Source: an uncultured Candidatus Saccharibacteria bacterium
Lineage (GTDB): Bacteria; Patescibacteriota; Minisyncoccia; Phycocordibacterales; PALSA-1337
Length of the DNA: 64,000 nucleotides
Reading direction: 5' to 3'
Assembly: GCA_964394505.1 (NCBI GenBank)
Contig: CAYMXR010000001.1
Location: forward strand, 9,878-73,877
Shown: positions 9,307 through 18,941 of the stretch, piece after piece
Layout of the letters: each line of letters starts with the position of its first letter
Position numbering within the stretch: position 1 is the first letter of the stretch
Made by a program: the position numbers and the translations under genes
The notes under the pieces: model-generated
Databases searched by the model: none
The model's input: only the letters and a program-made list of their open reading frames with translations
What the model was told of the DNA's origin: nothing

Positions 9307-10176
9307 ATGTTTAAAATAAAAAACTTATATTTAGTGTTATGCGCTATTATCTTCGTCTTCTTTGTTTCCCTTCAAACCTCAAAAGCTCAGACCACTACCG
9401 ATTCAGCTCGTCCAACCAATGACCCTGCAAATTTGCGAGAAAAAATCAGGGCCGATGTCGACGCAAAGATTCAAAACATAAAGGCAAATCAAGAAACTAG
9501 AAATCAAATTATCGAAAAAGCTCGACTGTCTTCCACAACACCGAGAAATATTCCTCTCCAAAATAAAATTGAACAAAAAGTCGAAAAGCGAATAGAACAA
9601 AAGATTGAAAATAGAAATGATGATCGACTAGTAAAATGTTCAGACTCAACAAATCCAAACGAAAAATGTTTTCGTCCTGAAATTAAACCAAAAGAAAGAG
9701 AAGGTTACGAAGATAATGGTCGATCCATGCAAGTTAAAATTCTCAAAGAAAGAAAAGAAGTGGCTACAAAACAACTAAATATTGCCATTAAAAATTTGGA
9801 GGAACTCCGAAAGCGTATTGGTTCCAGAATGGAAAAGGACCGATTGGTCAATGAAGATATGAGCGCAATATCAGGATTAATTAAAATCGCAGATGCAAAG
9901 ATAGTCCTTGCCAAAGAAGCTGTAGCAAAACTTCGTTCTTATCAACCGATCGCAACAAGTACCAGTGCCACAACCACAGTCAACCTTGTTCGGGTTCGTG
10001 AACTTATGGATAATGCTCAAGTGGCCATAAAAGAAGCTCATCGTGCGCTGACTGACGTAGTAGTTGCTTTGGCAAAATTATCGGGCGTCAATGGAGCAAG
10101 AACAGCATCATCTACTTCCCCTAGAAACACTATCCTTCCGTCTCCTGTGACATCAATTCCACCTAGCACAAATTAA
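9307..10176 (+). CDS. Hypothetical secreted protein (signal peptide, coiled-coil, Ser/Thr-rich C-terminus)
   Basis: N-terminal MFKIKNLYLVLCAIIFVFFVSLQTSKA. Confidence 0.45.
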   Translation: MFKIKNLYLVLCAIIFVFFVSLQTSKAQTTTDSARPTNDPANLREKIRADVDAKIQNIKANQETRNQIIEKARLSSTTPRNIPLQNKIEQKVEKRIEQKIENRNDDRLVKCSDSTNPNEKCFRPEIKPKEREGYEDNGRSMQVKILKERKEVATKQLNIAIKNLEELRKRIGSRMEKDRLVNEDMSAISGLIKIADAKIVLAKEAVAKLRSYQPIATSTSATTTVNLVRVRELMDNAQVAIKEAHRALTDVVVALAKLSGVNGARTASSTSPRNTILPSPVTSIPPSTN

Positions 10177-10196
10177 TAACAATAATAATTAATCCT

Positions 10197-10559
10197 ATGG
10201 ATCAAGCAAACCAATTTACACCGGCCAATAATTTACCAAACAATACCCCACCATCTGCTCAAATACCTAGTGTTTTCCCTGACGAAAAAAAACCAAAAAA
10301 GATCGGCCCAATTATTGCTGTTCTTGTTGCTATCTTGATAATAGTCATAGTCTCACTATACCTAGTTGCTTCCAAAACCAGTCGAGGTGATACTGATTAT
10401 CAATCTGATCTAAACACTAATCCAATCTCAACCGATATTATTTCTACAGATGAAACACCACAAGAAATAAATCCAATATCAAATACCGCCGACGATATCG
10501 ATTCGTTACAAGCGGATCTAGAGCAAGCCATAAGTGGACTGGATTCTCAAAATATATAA
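10197..10559 (+). CDS. Hypothetical single-pass membrane protein
   Basis: TM helix IGPIIAVLVAILIIVIVSLYLVA. Confidence 0.4.
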   Translation: MDQANQFTPANNLPNNTPPSAQIPSVFPDEKKPKKIGPIIAVLVAILIIVIVSLYLVASKTSRGDTDYQSDLNTNPISTDIISTDETPQEINPISNTADDIDSLQADLEQAISGLDSQNI

Positions 10560-10589
10560 CAAGGTCACCGATAAGAGATGGTGGCTTAC

Positions 10590-10625
10590 AAAATCGCCCA
10601 CGATGTGATCATGGGCGATTTTGCT
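10590..10625 (+). terminator. Hairpin with an 11-bp stem (AAAATCGCCCA...TGGGCGATTTT)
   Basis: Perfect inverted repeat after the 10197..10559 gene. Confidence 0.4.
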
Positions 10626-10659
10626 TGCCAACTTCTATCACTTTCGCTAGACTGGCGAA

Positions 10660-11748
10660 ATGACAAATACAAATCAAAAAGAGACTATTAAATCTTATGA
10701 AAAGCTTGTTACAAAAAACTTGGATAAATCTCGTGTCGAGATAAGCGCTTCGATACCTGCAGAAGTTTGGGAAGAAAATCGAGCCAAAGCCCTCAAAAAT
10801 CTAAATGATTCTGTAACCATAGATGGTTTCCGCAAGGGCATGGTTCCAGAAAATATTTTGATAAACAAAGTAGGTCAAAATACCATTAATGAAGAGATGG
10901 CAGAATTGGCACTCTCGAAAGCTTATCTTGATATTTTGATCGATAACAAGATAGATGCTGTCGGTCGACCACAAGTACAAATTACAAAACTTGCTTCCGG
11001 CAATCCCCTCGAATTCAAAGCGACAACAGCTGTAGTTCCTACTGTCAAACTTCCAGATTACAAAAAGATTGCCGAGAAAGAGACAAAAGCGGATGCAAAA
11101 AATGAAATTAAAGTTGAAGAAAAAGATCTTGATGAAGCTATTTTGAAGATTCGTAAATCTCGTGTTTCACACGAAGGTCACGATCACGAAAAGATGACCC
11201 CTGAAGAACATGAAAAGGCAATCCTCGATTCTCTACCAGAATTCAACGATGAGTTTGTACGCGGTCTTGGTGACTTCAAAGATGTAGAGGATTTCAAGAC
11301 AAAGGTTCGTGAAATGATTGGTCAAAACAAGAGAGATGAAGCTCGTGAAAAGTTGCGCATCAAGATTGCCGATGCCCTCCTAGAAGCTACAACCATCGAG
11401 CTTCCCGAGATTATGATAGAAAGTGAACTTGATCGCACTCAAGCACAATTCTCCGGAGATATAGAAAAAATGGGAGTGAAACTTGAAGACTATCTCAAGC
11501 ATGCCAAAAAATCTCTAGAAGAGATCCGCAAAGAATGGACTCCTCATGCTGAGAAAAAAGCAAAATTACAATTGATCCTAAATGCAATAGCTGATACTGA
11601 AAAGATCAAGCCTGATCCAAAAGAGATAGAGGATGAAGTAAAACATATCATCGAGCATTACAAAGATGCTGACCGCGAAAGAGCTTCTACTTATGCGGAG
11701 ACCGTGCTAACCAACGAGAAAGTTTTCAGGATGTTGGAGGGAAAATAA
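10660..11748 (+). CDS. tig: Trigger factor (short form, no obvious PPIase domain)
   Basis: N-terminal ribosome-binding signature DGFRKGMVP; 362 aa. Confidence 0.7.
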   Translation: MTNTNQKETIKSYEKLVTKNLDKSRVEISASIPAEVWEENRAKALKNLNDSVTIDGFRKGMVPENILINKVGQNTINEEMAELALSKAYLDILIDNKIDAVGRPQVQITKLASGNPLEFKATTAVVPTVKLPDYKKIAEKETKADAKNEIKVEEKDLDEAILKIRKSRVSHEGHDHEKMTPEEHEKAILDSLPEFNDEFVRGLGDFKDVEDFKTKVREMIGQNKRDEAREKLRIKIADALLEATTIELPEIMIESELDRTQAQFSGDIEKMGVKLEDYLKHAKKSLEEIRKEWTPHAEKKAKLQLILNAIADTEKIKPDPKEIEDEVKHIIEHYKDADRERASTYAETVLTNEKVFRMLEGK

Positions 11749-11833
11749 CAAATACTGAAGTTGTTTACCTCGAGCCTCATGATCTGAGCTGGTCGAAGGT
11801 TTCGAGAGGCACCTCAGTGAAATCCGCCAGAAA

Positions 11834-12586
11834 TTACATCAACACCTTCGATAGGGCAACGACTGCGGCTGTCTCAGCACGCAAAATCTGTTTACCAAGG
11901 CTGCAAATCGAGACCTTGTTAGCGTGAAACATGTCTAGCTCAGCCGTCGACCACCCTCCTTCTGGCCCTATGAAAACAGCTAGCGACTGTCCGGCGAGGT
12001 CTGACCTCGCCCCACCATCTGTATGAAAAGCAACACCTCTGATAGATTCTGAGCCATCATTTGCGACAGGTTGAGAAAAAACCTGGGCGAGGTCAGACCT
12101 CGCCGAATGTACCACCGGTACATCACCCCTCCCACACTGTTCACTCGCCTCTACTGCAATTTTTTGCAGGCGTTCCATATTCAAATCTTTTTTTTCACTC
12201 CGTTCTGTGATAACTGGAACAATATCGGTAACACCGAGCTCGGTTGCTTTTTCCGTAATCCACTCAAATTTATCTTTTTTTACGACCGCCTGATATAAGA
12301 CAACTTTTCGCGTTGGCATAAATCGGCTAGGTCGGACCTCGCAGACTGCTAAATGCAATTGGCTCCCTCCGCGAGGTTTTTTACCCCGAGCGAAGTCGAG
12401 GGGAACCTCAAGGAGAACACATTCAAAATCATTACCAGACCCATCGAAAACTACAATCTTGTCGCCAGAACCCAAACGGAAAACTCGACTGATCTGATTT
12501 ACAAGTTCAGGCGAATCGATAACCAACTCTTTTTTTGAGCCAATTTTTTCTGTGATGTAAAATCGATGAAGTCTCATTTTGATCAC
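11834..12586 (-). CDS. rsmE: 16S rRNA (uracil1498-N3)-methyltransferase RsmE, carrying three in-frame palindromic-repeat insertions
   Basis: MRLHRFYI...VVFDGSG...IGPEGGWS...RAETAA motifs. The gene is GC-rich relative to its neighbours. Confidence 0.75.
   Translation of the reverse strand: MIKMRLHRFYITEKIGSKKELVIDSPELVNQISRVFRLGSGDKIVVFDGSGNDFECVLLEVPLDFARGKKPRGGSQLHLAVCEVRPSRFMPTRKVVLYQAVVKKDKFEWITEKATELGVTDIVPVITERSEKKDLNMERLQKIAVEASEQCGRGDVPVVHSARSDLAQVFSQPVANDGSESIRGVAFHTDGGARSDLAGQSLAVFIGPEGGWSTAELDMFHANKVSICSLGKQILRAETAAVVALSKVLM
11993..12011. repeat. Palindromic repeat GGCGAGGTC-T-GACCTCGCC (copy A, in-frame in rsmE, encodes ARSDLA)
   Basis: Perfect 9+1+9 palindrome. Confidence 0.8.
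12086..12104. repeat. Palindromic repeat GGCGAGGTC-A-GACCTCGCC (copy B, in-frame in rsmE)
   Basis: Perfect 9+1+9 palindrome. Confidence 0.8.
12328..12346. repeat. Degenerate copy of the palindromic repeat (GCTAGGTCGGACCTCGCAG), copy C, in-frame in rsmE
   Basis: Imperfect palindrome sharing the GGTCGGACCTCGC core. Confidence 0.5.
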
Positions 12587-12631
12587 TGAGGTGCAACCTC
12601 AGTACTGAGGCTTCCCCTCAGTGTTAAGCCA

Positions 12632-13213
12632 CTATTTTTTGGTCATTACTACATGATCGATAATTCCATACTTCTTTGCCTCCTCTGCATCCATGAAGAA
12701 ATCACGGTCAACATCTTTTTCAATACGCGCGACGGTTTGACCAGTATTCTTTGCTAGGAGTTTGTTCAATATACCTCTGGTCTTCAAAATATGTTTAGCG
12801 CTGATCTCAATATCCGAAGCTTGTCCTTCTGCCCCACCCAAAGGTTGGTGAATCATCACCTCAGAATTTGGTAAAGCTGTTCTCTTGCCTTTTGTTCCCG
12901 ATGATAAGACCAAGGCCGCACCAGAAGCAGCAATTCCGACACAGACTGTCGAAATATCATTTTTTATATAATTCATCGTGTCAATAATAGCCAGAGTTGC
13001 CGTTACTGAGCCTCCTGGAGAATTGATATACAATGAAATTTCTTTCTTTGGGTCTTCTGATTGCAAAAACAGTAATTGGGCGATAATGAGGTTGGCAATA
13101 TGATCATCTATCACACCACCTAGAAATATGACATTTTCTTTGAGTAGGCGTGAGTAAATATCGTAGGCGCGCTCACCAAAACTTGATTTCTCTATAACGG
13201 TTGGTATTAACAT
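12632..13213 (-). CDS. clpP: ATP-dependent Clp protease proteolytic subunit
   Basis: 193 aa; catalytic-triad context ([11 protein letters not shown]...MIHQP...D); strong family resemblance. Confidence 0.9.
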   Translation of the reverse strand: MLIPTVIEKSSFGERAYDIYSRLLKENVIFLGGVIDDHIANLIIAQLLFLQSEDPKKEISLYINSPGGSVTATLAIIDTMNYIKNDISTVCVGIAASGAALVLSSGTKGKRTALPNSEVMIHQPLGGAEGQASDIEISAKHILKTRGILNKLLAKNTGQTVARIEKDVDRDFFMDAEEAKKYGIIDHVVMTKK

Positions 13214-13495
13214 GGTATTTATTGGTTAAATTATGTGTTATTGACACATCCTACATCACGTGACCTCTTTTTTCAAGTCGTTGCAATATCCATCCGTTTC
13301 AGCTAATTCAAAAACTAGACAACTTACTTATTTAGTTATAAGATACAATTGTTACTAAATTTTAATTTTGATATCGCTTTTTACGAACTTTTCGTGACTT
13401 TCCAACTTATGAAATATATTGAAACAGAGCCACAATCGATCACTCATATGTTACATTCACAACCTTAGTTCGTAATAGGCGGATCCAAACCGCAT

Positions 13496-15025
13496 ATGTC
13501 ACTAAAACTAGTCGCACTATATCTCTCCATCGCCGGAGTAGTCGGTGTAGCTATTGGTTACTATCTGCGACTGATCATCTCTTTAGGCAAAAAGGGTTCC
13601 ATGGAACTCGAAATAAAGGAAATGCTCCTTGCTGCCAAAGAAGAAGCAAAGAAGATCACCGCAGATGCTGAAGCCAAAGCCACAAAGACTCACGATGATG
13701 CGAGATTAGAAATAAAAGAGAAAGAGGATAAAATTCATCAGACCGAAGACCGTCTCGCAAAAAGAGAGGATCTTTTGGATAAACGTCAGTCAGATATAGA
13801 CAAAGAAGTAGAGTTGATCAAACAACGCGTAGCAGAGATAAAAGCTATTCGTGAAAAGACAGACAAACTCGAAGAAGAAAGAAAGGCTTCCCTAGAAAAG
13901 ATTGCTAAACTTTCCGCCGAAGAAGCGAAAGAGCAACTTTTTAAACTTGTAGAAAAACAATCCGAGGAAGACATCTTTATTAGAATGAACAAACTAGAAT
14001 CTCAGGGCGAGGAGATGTTGGCTCAAAAGGCTCGCGACATATTGGCAATATCTATACAAAGACTCGCTTCATCGGTTGCACAAGATGTCATGTCTACATC
14101 CTTAGAGATTCCAAGTGATGATGTAAAAGGCAAGATTATAGGAAAAGAAGGTAGAAATATCAAAGCTTTCGAACGTATTACCGGTGTTGAAGTCATGGTT
14201 GATGACACTCCGGGAGCGATTACCATTTCTTCATTCGATCCCGTCAGGCGTCATGTTGCAAAAATGGCTCTAGCAGAACTCATCAAAGACGGTCGTATCC
14301 AACCAGCCAAGATTGAGCAAGTTGTAGAAAAAGCAAAGCAGGATATAAACAAAACTATTAAAGAAAAAGGCGAACAAGCTGCTTACGATTGTGGAATTAT
14401 TGGCTTAGATCCTAGAATTCTCCTTATCCTAGGCCGTTTACACTTCAGAACAAGTTATGGCCAAAATGTCTTACAGCACTCCATAGAGATGGCGCATATA
14501 GCTGGCATGATCGCCGAGGAACTTGGTGCAAATGTTCAGGTAGCCAAGGCTGGTGCCTTATTACACGATCTAGGCAAGGCCCTTGACCACGAAGTGGCTG
14601 GAACTCACGTCGAGATAGGTAGACGCATCCTACAGAAGTTTGGAGCCGGAGAAGAGATCATAAAAGCTATGCAAGCTCATCACGAGGAGTATCCTTATGA
14701 GACGGTAGAATCACGCATAGTCCAAACCGCAGATGCTATCTCTGGAGCAAGACCAGGAGCAAGACGGGATAATATAGAAAACTACCTAAAAAGACTTGGT
14801 GATCTAGAAGCCCTAGCCAATTCATTCCCTGGTATCGAAAAGTCCTATGCCCTACAAGCAGGCCGTGAAATCCGTATCTTCGTGAAACCAGAGGACATCG
14901 GTGATGTAGAAGCAAAGACTTTGGCTCGAGATATAGCGCTCAAAATCGAGAAAGATCTCAAATACCCAGGTGAAATCAAGGTTACGGTTATACGAGAGCT
15001 TAGAACCATCGAGTTCGCGAGATAA
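13496..15025 (+). CDS. rny: Ribonuclease Y
   Basis: N-terminal TM, coiled-coil, KH domain (GKIIGKEGRNIKAFE) and HD domain (LLHDLGKALDHE). Confidence 0.9.
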   Translation: MSLKLVALYLSIAGVVGVAIGYYLRLIISLGKKGSMELEIKEMLLAAKEEAKKITADAEAKATKTHDDARLEIKEKEDKIHQTEDRLAKREDLLDKRQSDIDKEVELIKQRVAEIKAIREKTDKLEEERKASLEKIAKLSAEEAKEQLFKLVEKQSEEDIFIRMNKLESQGEEMLAQKARDILAISIQRLASSVAQDVMSTSLEIPSDDVKGKIIGKEGRNIKAFERITGVEVMVDDTPGAITISSFDPVRRHVAKMALAELIKDGRIQPAKIEQVVEKAKQDINKTIKEKGEQAAYDCGIIGLDPRILLILGRLHFRTSYGQNVLQHSIEMAHIAGMIAEELGANVQVAKAGALLHDLGKALDHEVAGTHVEIGRRILQKFGAGEEIIKAMQAHHEEYPYETVESRIVQTADAISGARPGARRDNIENYLKRLGDLEALANSFPGIEKSYALQAGREIRIFVKPEDIGDVEAKTLARDIALKIEKDLKYPGEIKVTVIRELRTIEFAR

Positions 15026-15036
15026 CTTCTAAATAG

Positions 15037-15110
15037 TGCAAAGTGAAAAGTGAAAAATGCAAAGTTCTGTCGCGTCTGCGATTTCACTTTGCATTTTGCA
15101 CTACTAAATT
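15037..15110. repeat. GTGCAAAGTGAAAAGTGAAAAATGCAAAG ... TTTCACTTTGCATTTTGCAC imperfect palindrome (member of the GTGCAAAGTGAAAA motif family), between rny and hup
   Basis: Seen directly; related copies at 2649-2667, 4798-4816 and 4880-4912. Confidence 0.5.
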
Positions 15111-15276
15111 TGCATTAATATATGTCACATGTCAATCCACAACCATGGTTGCTTATAATACGGCTTACTATATAATTATAGCCATGGATCGAGACTCGTC
15201 TGCTCTCCCCTCGGAGATAGCGGTGCGGGGCGAGACCAGTTCGAGATTAATAATTATTAGAATAATAAAAACAACT

Positions 15277-15549
15277 ATGAACAAAGCAAGTATTGTTGAT
15301 GCAGTTCACGCAGTTCTAGCAGGAACAAAGGTTCAAGCAGAACAAGCAGTAGAGACAGTCATTAATAGCATTATTGACTCTCTAAAGAAAGGTGAAGAAG
15401 TTTCTATCGCAGGTCTCGGTATTTTCTCAGTCAAGCAAAGAGCCGCTCGTGAAGCACGCAATCCTCGCACAGGTGAGGCCATCAAGGTCCCAGCTATGAA
15501 AGTTCCAAAGTTCCGCGCAGCAAAGGCTTTGAAGGATGCGGTAAAATAG
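15277..15549 (+). CDS. hup: DNA-binding protein HU
   Basis: MNKASIVDAVHA...GLGIFSVKQRAAREARNPRTGEAIKVPAMKVPKFRAAKALKDAV; the track ORF from 15043 is an artefactual 5' extension. Confidence 0.85.
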   Translation: MNKASIVDAVHAVLAGTKVQAEQAVETVINSIIDSLKKGEEVSIAGLGIFSVKQRAAREARNPRTGEAIKVPAMKVPKFRAAKALKDAVK

Positions 15550-15581
15550 CACGCTTAGGTATTTCAATTTACAAAGTAACA

Positions 15582-15614
15582 AAAAACCCTGAGCATGTCG
15601 AAGGGTTTTTTGTT
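15582..15614 (+). terminator. Rho-independent terminator (AAAAACCCT-GAGCATGTCGA-AGGGTTTTTT); copy 1 of a duplicated ~65-bp module
   Basis: Stem-loop plus T-run directly after hup. Confidence 0.7.
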
Positions 15615-15629
15615 ATTTGAGCACAAACC

Positions 15630-16172
15630 TCAAAACCTCATTTCGTACCAGTCTAAGCCATAGATATCCTGAATTAATATCCTTTCACCCTTTGCCCATG
15701 TCTTATTACTCTCCAAACCAAGAAGACTGATGGCCTTTTTAACACTCTTTTCGCTTGGACCTTCAACCTCGAGAAATGCAGGCATTCCTGGATATTGGTC
15801 TATATCAAATGTCCAATCTTTTAATGAAAAGGTTGTACGAATTTTTTCTTGATGCGCATATTTCTCAAGCCCGATTTCTTGAAATAAATCCGATAATTGC
15901 TCCGGTGTATCAATATTAAAATTTATTTCTTTATGTTTTCTTACACCATTAGAAATATTTGACTTTGCTTTCCAAGTCACCTCGTGCTTCCCTTCAGAAT
16001 TCGACCTTATTCGTAAAAACCAAAGATCCTCACCCTCCTTCGTACCAATTGGTCTATACCAATCGACTGTTAAGGTAGTTTTCTGTATCTTTTTTGCCTT
16101 CAATAAAATTAGTGACTTAATAACTTTTTTCTCATCAATATCCAAGACTTTTGTTTCAATTTCGAATGCCAT
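15630..16172 (-). CDS. CYTH-domain protein (triphosphate tunnel metalloenzyme / class IV adenylate cyclase-like)
   Basis: EIE.K...LRIR...E.K pattern; size 180 aa. Confidence 0.5.
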   Translation of the reverse strand: MAFEIETKVLDIDEKKVIKSLILLKAKKIQKTTLTVDWYRPIGTKEGEDLWFLRIRSNSEGKHEVTWKAKSNISNGVRKHKEINFNIDTPEQLSDLFQEIGLEKYAHQEKIRTTFSLKDWTFDIDQYPGMPAFLEVEGPSEKSVKKAISLLGLESNKTWAKGERILIQDIYGLDWYEMRF

Positions 16173-16176
16173 AAGA

Positions 16177-16623
16177 TTATTTAATCTCGTTACGAATTAG
16201 CTCTGAAACAACTCTCAGTTCTTCTTCAGGATTTTGTTCTCGGCTACCAGGGCGGTATAAAAATTTCCTTGGCTCATATTTGGTGATACCATCATCGCCG
16301 GCTTTTCTTGGTAACATGTGCAAATGAAAATGCGGAATCGATTGCCCTGCTATCTCACCTTCGTTCCATGCATAATTAAATCCCTCGGCTTGAAATACCA
16401 CGGTCAGTGACTTCTTCAATTTATTACAAATATCAAAAATGGCAGATTTTTCTTTGTCAGTAAGATCTTCAAAAAATGCGACGCAACGAAGGGGCGCTAT
16501 CAAGACATGTCCAGGTACTATGGGGATATTTGTTGGAAACGCCCACGCTAGATCATTTTTTATAATCATTCTTTCTTTAATAGCCGGGATACTGCAATAC
16601 GCACACCGTGCTTTATTTTTCAT
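16177..16623 (-). CDS. HIT-family (histidine triad) nucleotide hydrolase
   Basis: HFHLHMLPR histidine triad. Confidence 0.8.
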   Translation of the reverse strand: MKNKARCAYCSIPAIKERMIIKNDLAWAFPTNIPIVPGHVLIAPLRCVAFFEDLTDKEKSAIFDICNKLKKSLTVVFQAEGFNYAWNEGEIAGQSIPHFHLHMLPRKAGDDGITKYEPRKFLYRPGSREQNPEEELRVVSELIRNEIK

Positions 16624-16687
16624 GGGATAACTATATCAATAGAAGGAAATATATCAAAATAATACTACTTTGGTAGCTTATATATAA

Positions 16688-16716
16688 AAAACCACCCGCA
16701 CCGATCGCGAGTGGTT
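16688..16716 (-). terminator. Minus-strand terminator (AACCAC-loop-GTGGTT followed by TTTTTTATATAT)
   Basis: Hairpin plus T-run just past the stop of the 16737..17033 gene. Confidence 0.45.
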
Positions 16717-16736
16717 GTGAGGTAACCCGGAGCTGC

Positions 16737-17033
16737 CTACTTCTTGAAGCAGACAATGCCAAGACTATTGATACCGATTACCCCTTTGGCCACATTGATT
16801 ATGCTGATGTATTGATCTTCCCTTTCGTTATGGGATATCAGTCCCAGGAGAAACGCAGCCAACGAACACATAAACCCGACACCTAAACCAAACAACGCTG
16901 ACCGCCAAAGATCAAAACCCAACGACAGTGTACCCACCAGCCCGCACACCAATGCAGACCACGGGGTAAATGACATAAAAGCCATACTGAACCAGAGCGC
17001 AGCCTTGAAATGCAGCAGTGTCAATTTCTTCAT
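16737..17033 (-). CDS. Small hypothetical membrane protein
   Basis: Three hydrophobic segments in 98 aa. Confidence 0.35.
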   Translation of the reverse strand: MKKLTLLHFKAALWFSMAFMSFTPWSALVCGLVGTLSLGFDLWRSALFGLGVGFMCSLAAFLLGLISHNEREDQYISIINVAKGVIGINSLGIVCFKK

Positions 17034-17098
17034 ACAGTCTCCTACGTTTGATTGTTAACGAACATTGCTCTATGAATCCACGACATCATGTCATGGAC

Positions 17099-17923
17099 TC
17101 AATTGAACAACTCCTTTACCTTTCTAGGAGTAAAGAATCTATCTTTATAATACGAATCTTCTTTGAACCCTGGCTTTATTCTAAATTTCTCATACTCCCT
17201 GTACCCCCGCGTTGAGTCAGTCTTATTTACAACATATTTTGCCAATTCGTATGGATCCAACCAATATCTCTGCTCGGCATCTGTATCTGTAAAGACAAAG
17301 GGTCTTGTAATAACTTCATGCGGACACAAAACAGAAGAAATACTAAAAACAAGCATCGACATATTACTATTATCAGAAACTGTCTTGATCATATATTCTT
17401 TAACTTTCTCTATCGTTTTCCACCACGATTGATGAACAAGTGGACGATGTTTATCTGCAATCCCAGCGAAAATAATGCATTTACTTTTACCTTCCCAACA
17501 TTTATTCAGTGTAGATGTGGCTGAAACAAATGATTCAAAAGTTAGTCTGTTAACCTCATCATTAATTCCGTCGCCATTATTATCATTTTCAATTTTGATA
17601 GAACCATTATTATCAACCTCAAAGGGATACAAACCTAGAGCGTGAACATATACCAACTCGCTGACACAAGAATAATCAATCTCTTTGAATAGTCTTCCGT
17701 AGTCTAAGCCTTCTCCGATAGAACAAATCAAAGTCGCCAAAGGCATCTTGCCACCTTTCAAAAACACTTCTACAGGCTGAGCTTTCCTACTTATACCGTA
17801 GATCACAGTATCTTTTCTTTGGCCATAGGCAGCAAACAAAGCACTACCAATAGCACCAGTGACGCCAGAAATTATTACTAATTTTTTCTTGTTATTTTTC
17901 ACACCCAAATTATCCCACATCAA
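17099..17923 (-). CDS. Hypothetical protein with an N-terminal Rossmann-type NAD(P)-binding motif (IISGVTGAIGSAL)
   Basis: GxxGxxG motif near the N-terminus; the remainder is unrecognised. Confidence 0.4.
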   Translation of the reverse strand: MMWDNLGVKNNKKKLVIISGVTGAIGSALFAAYGQRKDTVIYGISRKAQPVEVFLKGGKMPLATLICSIGEGLDYGRLFKEIDYSCVSELVYVHALGLYPFEVDNNGSIKIENDNNGDGINDEVNRLTFESFVSATSTLNKCWEGKSKCIIFAGIADKHRPLVHQSWWKTIEKVKEYMIKTVSDNSNMSMLVFSISSVLCPHEVITRPFVFTDTDAEQRYWLDPYELAKYVVNKTDSTRGYREYEKFRIKPGFKEDSYYKDRFFTPRKVKELFN

Positions 17924-17986
17924 TTTGACAATGTCATATAAAAGTTGCTATATTGGGTATTAGTAAACTTTTTGTTTACTTTAGCG

Positions 17987-17992
17987 TATAAT
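17987..17992 (+). promoter_or_regulatory. -10 hexamer TATAAT 7 nt upstream of the ATG at 18000 (leaderless transcript predicted); TTGACA at 17931-17936 further upstream
   Basis: Sequence match to the sigma70 consensus. Confidence 0.4.
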
Positions 17993-17999
17993 ATAAGCC

Positions 18000-18851
18000 A
18001 TGAATATACTTAAACCGAAACATATTGAGGAACAAATAATTAACCTTCTCGTAGGTGGTGAGAAATCCACAACCTCTCTTCTCGAACTAATGAGTACAAA
18101 GGTAAAGATAACCAAACAAGGCTTTTATGCTTCACTCCGAAAGCTTCGAGCCAATGAAACTGTCGTGGTTTACAAAGGCAAAGTCTCTCTAAATACAACT
18201 TGGATAGGCAAGATGCGCGATCTCGTGGAAATGATGAGCCGTACATATACCGCTGAGCCATATTCATCTGACTTTCTAAACCTTAACGACAAAGAAAGTA
18301 TTTCCTATTCATTCACTTCTATAAAAAGTTTGGATTCTTTTTGGGGTCATGTTCAAAATATCTTAATTCACAACACCAATAAAAATGAACCTATATACTG
18401 CTACGATCCACATTATTGGCTCTATCTAGTCCGCAGAGACACGGAAAAGGCCTTACTCAAAGAGATTGTAAGTATAAAAAGACAATTTCTGATGAGTAAT
18501 GGAGCGAAAAACAAACTTGACCGACTAATTAAAACAGATTTCAACAGCAATTATTTACAATATAATTACAAAAGACTGTTCGAAAAAGAAAATTACTATA
18601 TTACCGTTATCGGTGATTATATAACCGAAGTGTATATCGATGAAAAAGTTGCCAAGGATATTGATGCTATCTATAAAAATGAAGGTCTAGATACCAAAAC
18701 AGCAATTGAACTTCTAGCCGAATTCCTGCATTCAAGGACACGCAACAGGATCAAGATATCCAAAAATGCAAAACGGGCAATTAAACTAAAGAAAATGATG
18801 GGAAAAGACTTTTTTGTGATGGGGAGAAAAATAGAATCAGAGAGTCACTAA
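18000..18851 (+). CDS. Hypothetical protein with an N-terminal winged-helix-like segment
   Basis: 283 aa; the N-terminal ~60 aa resemble MarR/PadR-like wHTH proteins; C-terminus unknown. Confidence 0.4.
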   Translation: MNILKPKHIEEQIINLLVGGEKSTTSLLELMSTKVKITKQGFYASLRKLRANETVVVYKGKVSLNTTWIGKMRDLVEMMSRTYTAEPYSSDFLNLNDKESISYSFTSIKSLDSFWGHVQNILIHNTNKNEPIYCYDPHYWLYLVRRDTEKALLKEIVSIKRQFLMSNGAKNKLDRLIKTDFNSNYLQYNYKRLFEKENYYITVIGDYITEVYIDEKVAKDIDAIYKNEGLDTKTAIELLAEFLHSRTRNRIKISKNAKRAIKLKKMMGKDFFVMGRKIESESH

Positions 18852-18885
18852 TATCACGCCTAGGTATTTCAATTTTCAAAGTAAC

Positions 18886-18920
18886 AAAAGACCCTGAGCA
18901 TGTCGAAGGGTTTTTTGTTA
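18886..18920 (+). terminator. Rho-independent terminator; copy 2 of the duplicated ~65-bp module (near-identical to 15547-15614)
   Basis: Same stem-loop sequence and flanks as the hup terminator. Confidence 0.65.
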
Positions 18921-18941
18921 AAGCAATTAATCTGCCTGCGG

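Noticed and set aside
13214-13495. CtsR or CIRCE operator in the clpP/rny divergent spacer
   Set aside because: TGACCTCTTTTTTCAAGTCG only loosely resembles a CtsR heptad repeat, and there is no convincing match to either consensus.
15043-15276. 5' extension of the hup ORF (168 aa in the track)
   Set aside because: The extension crosses the GTGCAAAGTGAAAA palindrome and has no HU similarity. HU begins at the MNKASIVDAV ATG at 15277.
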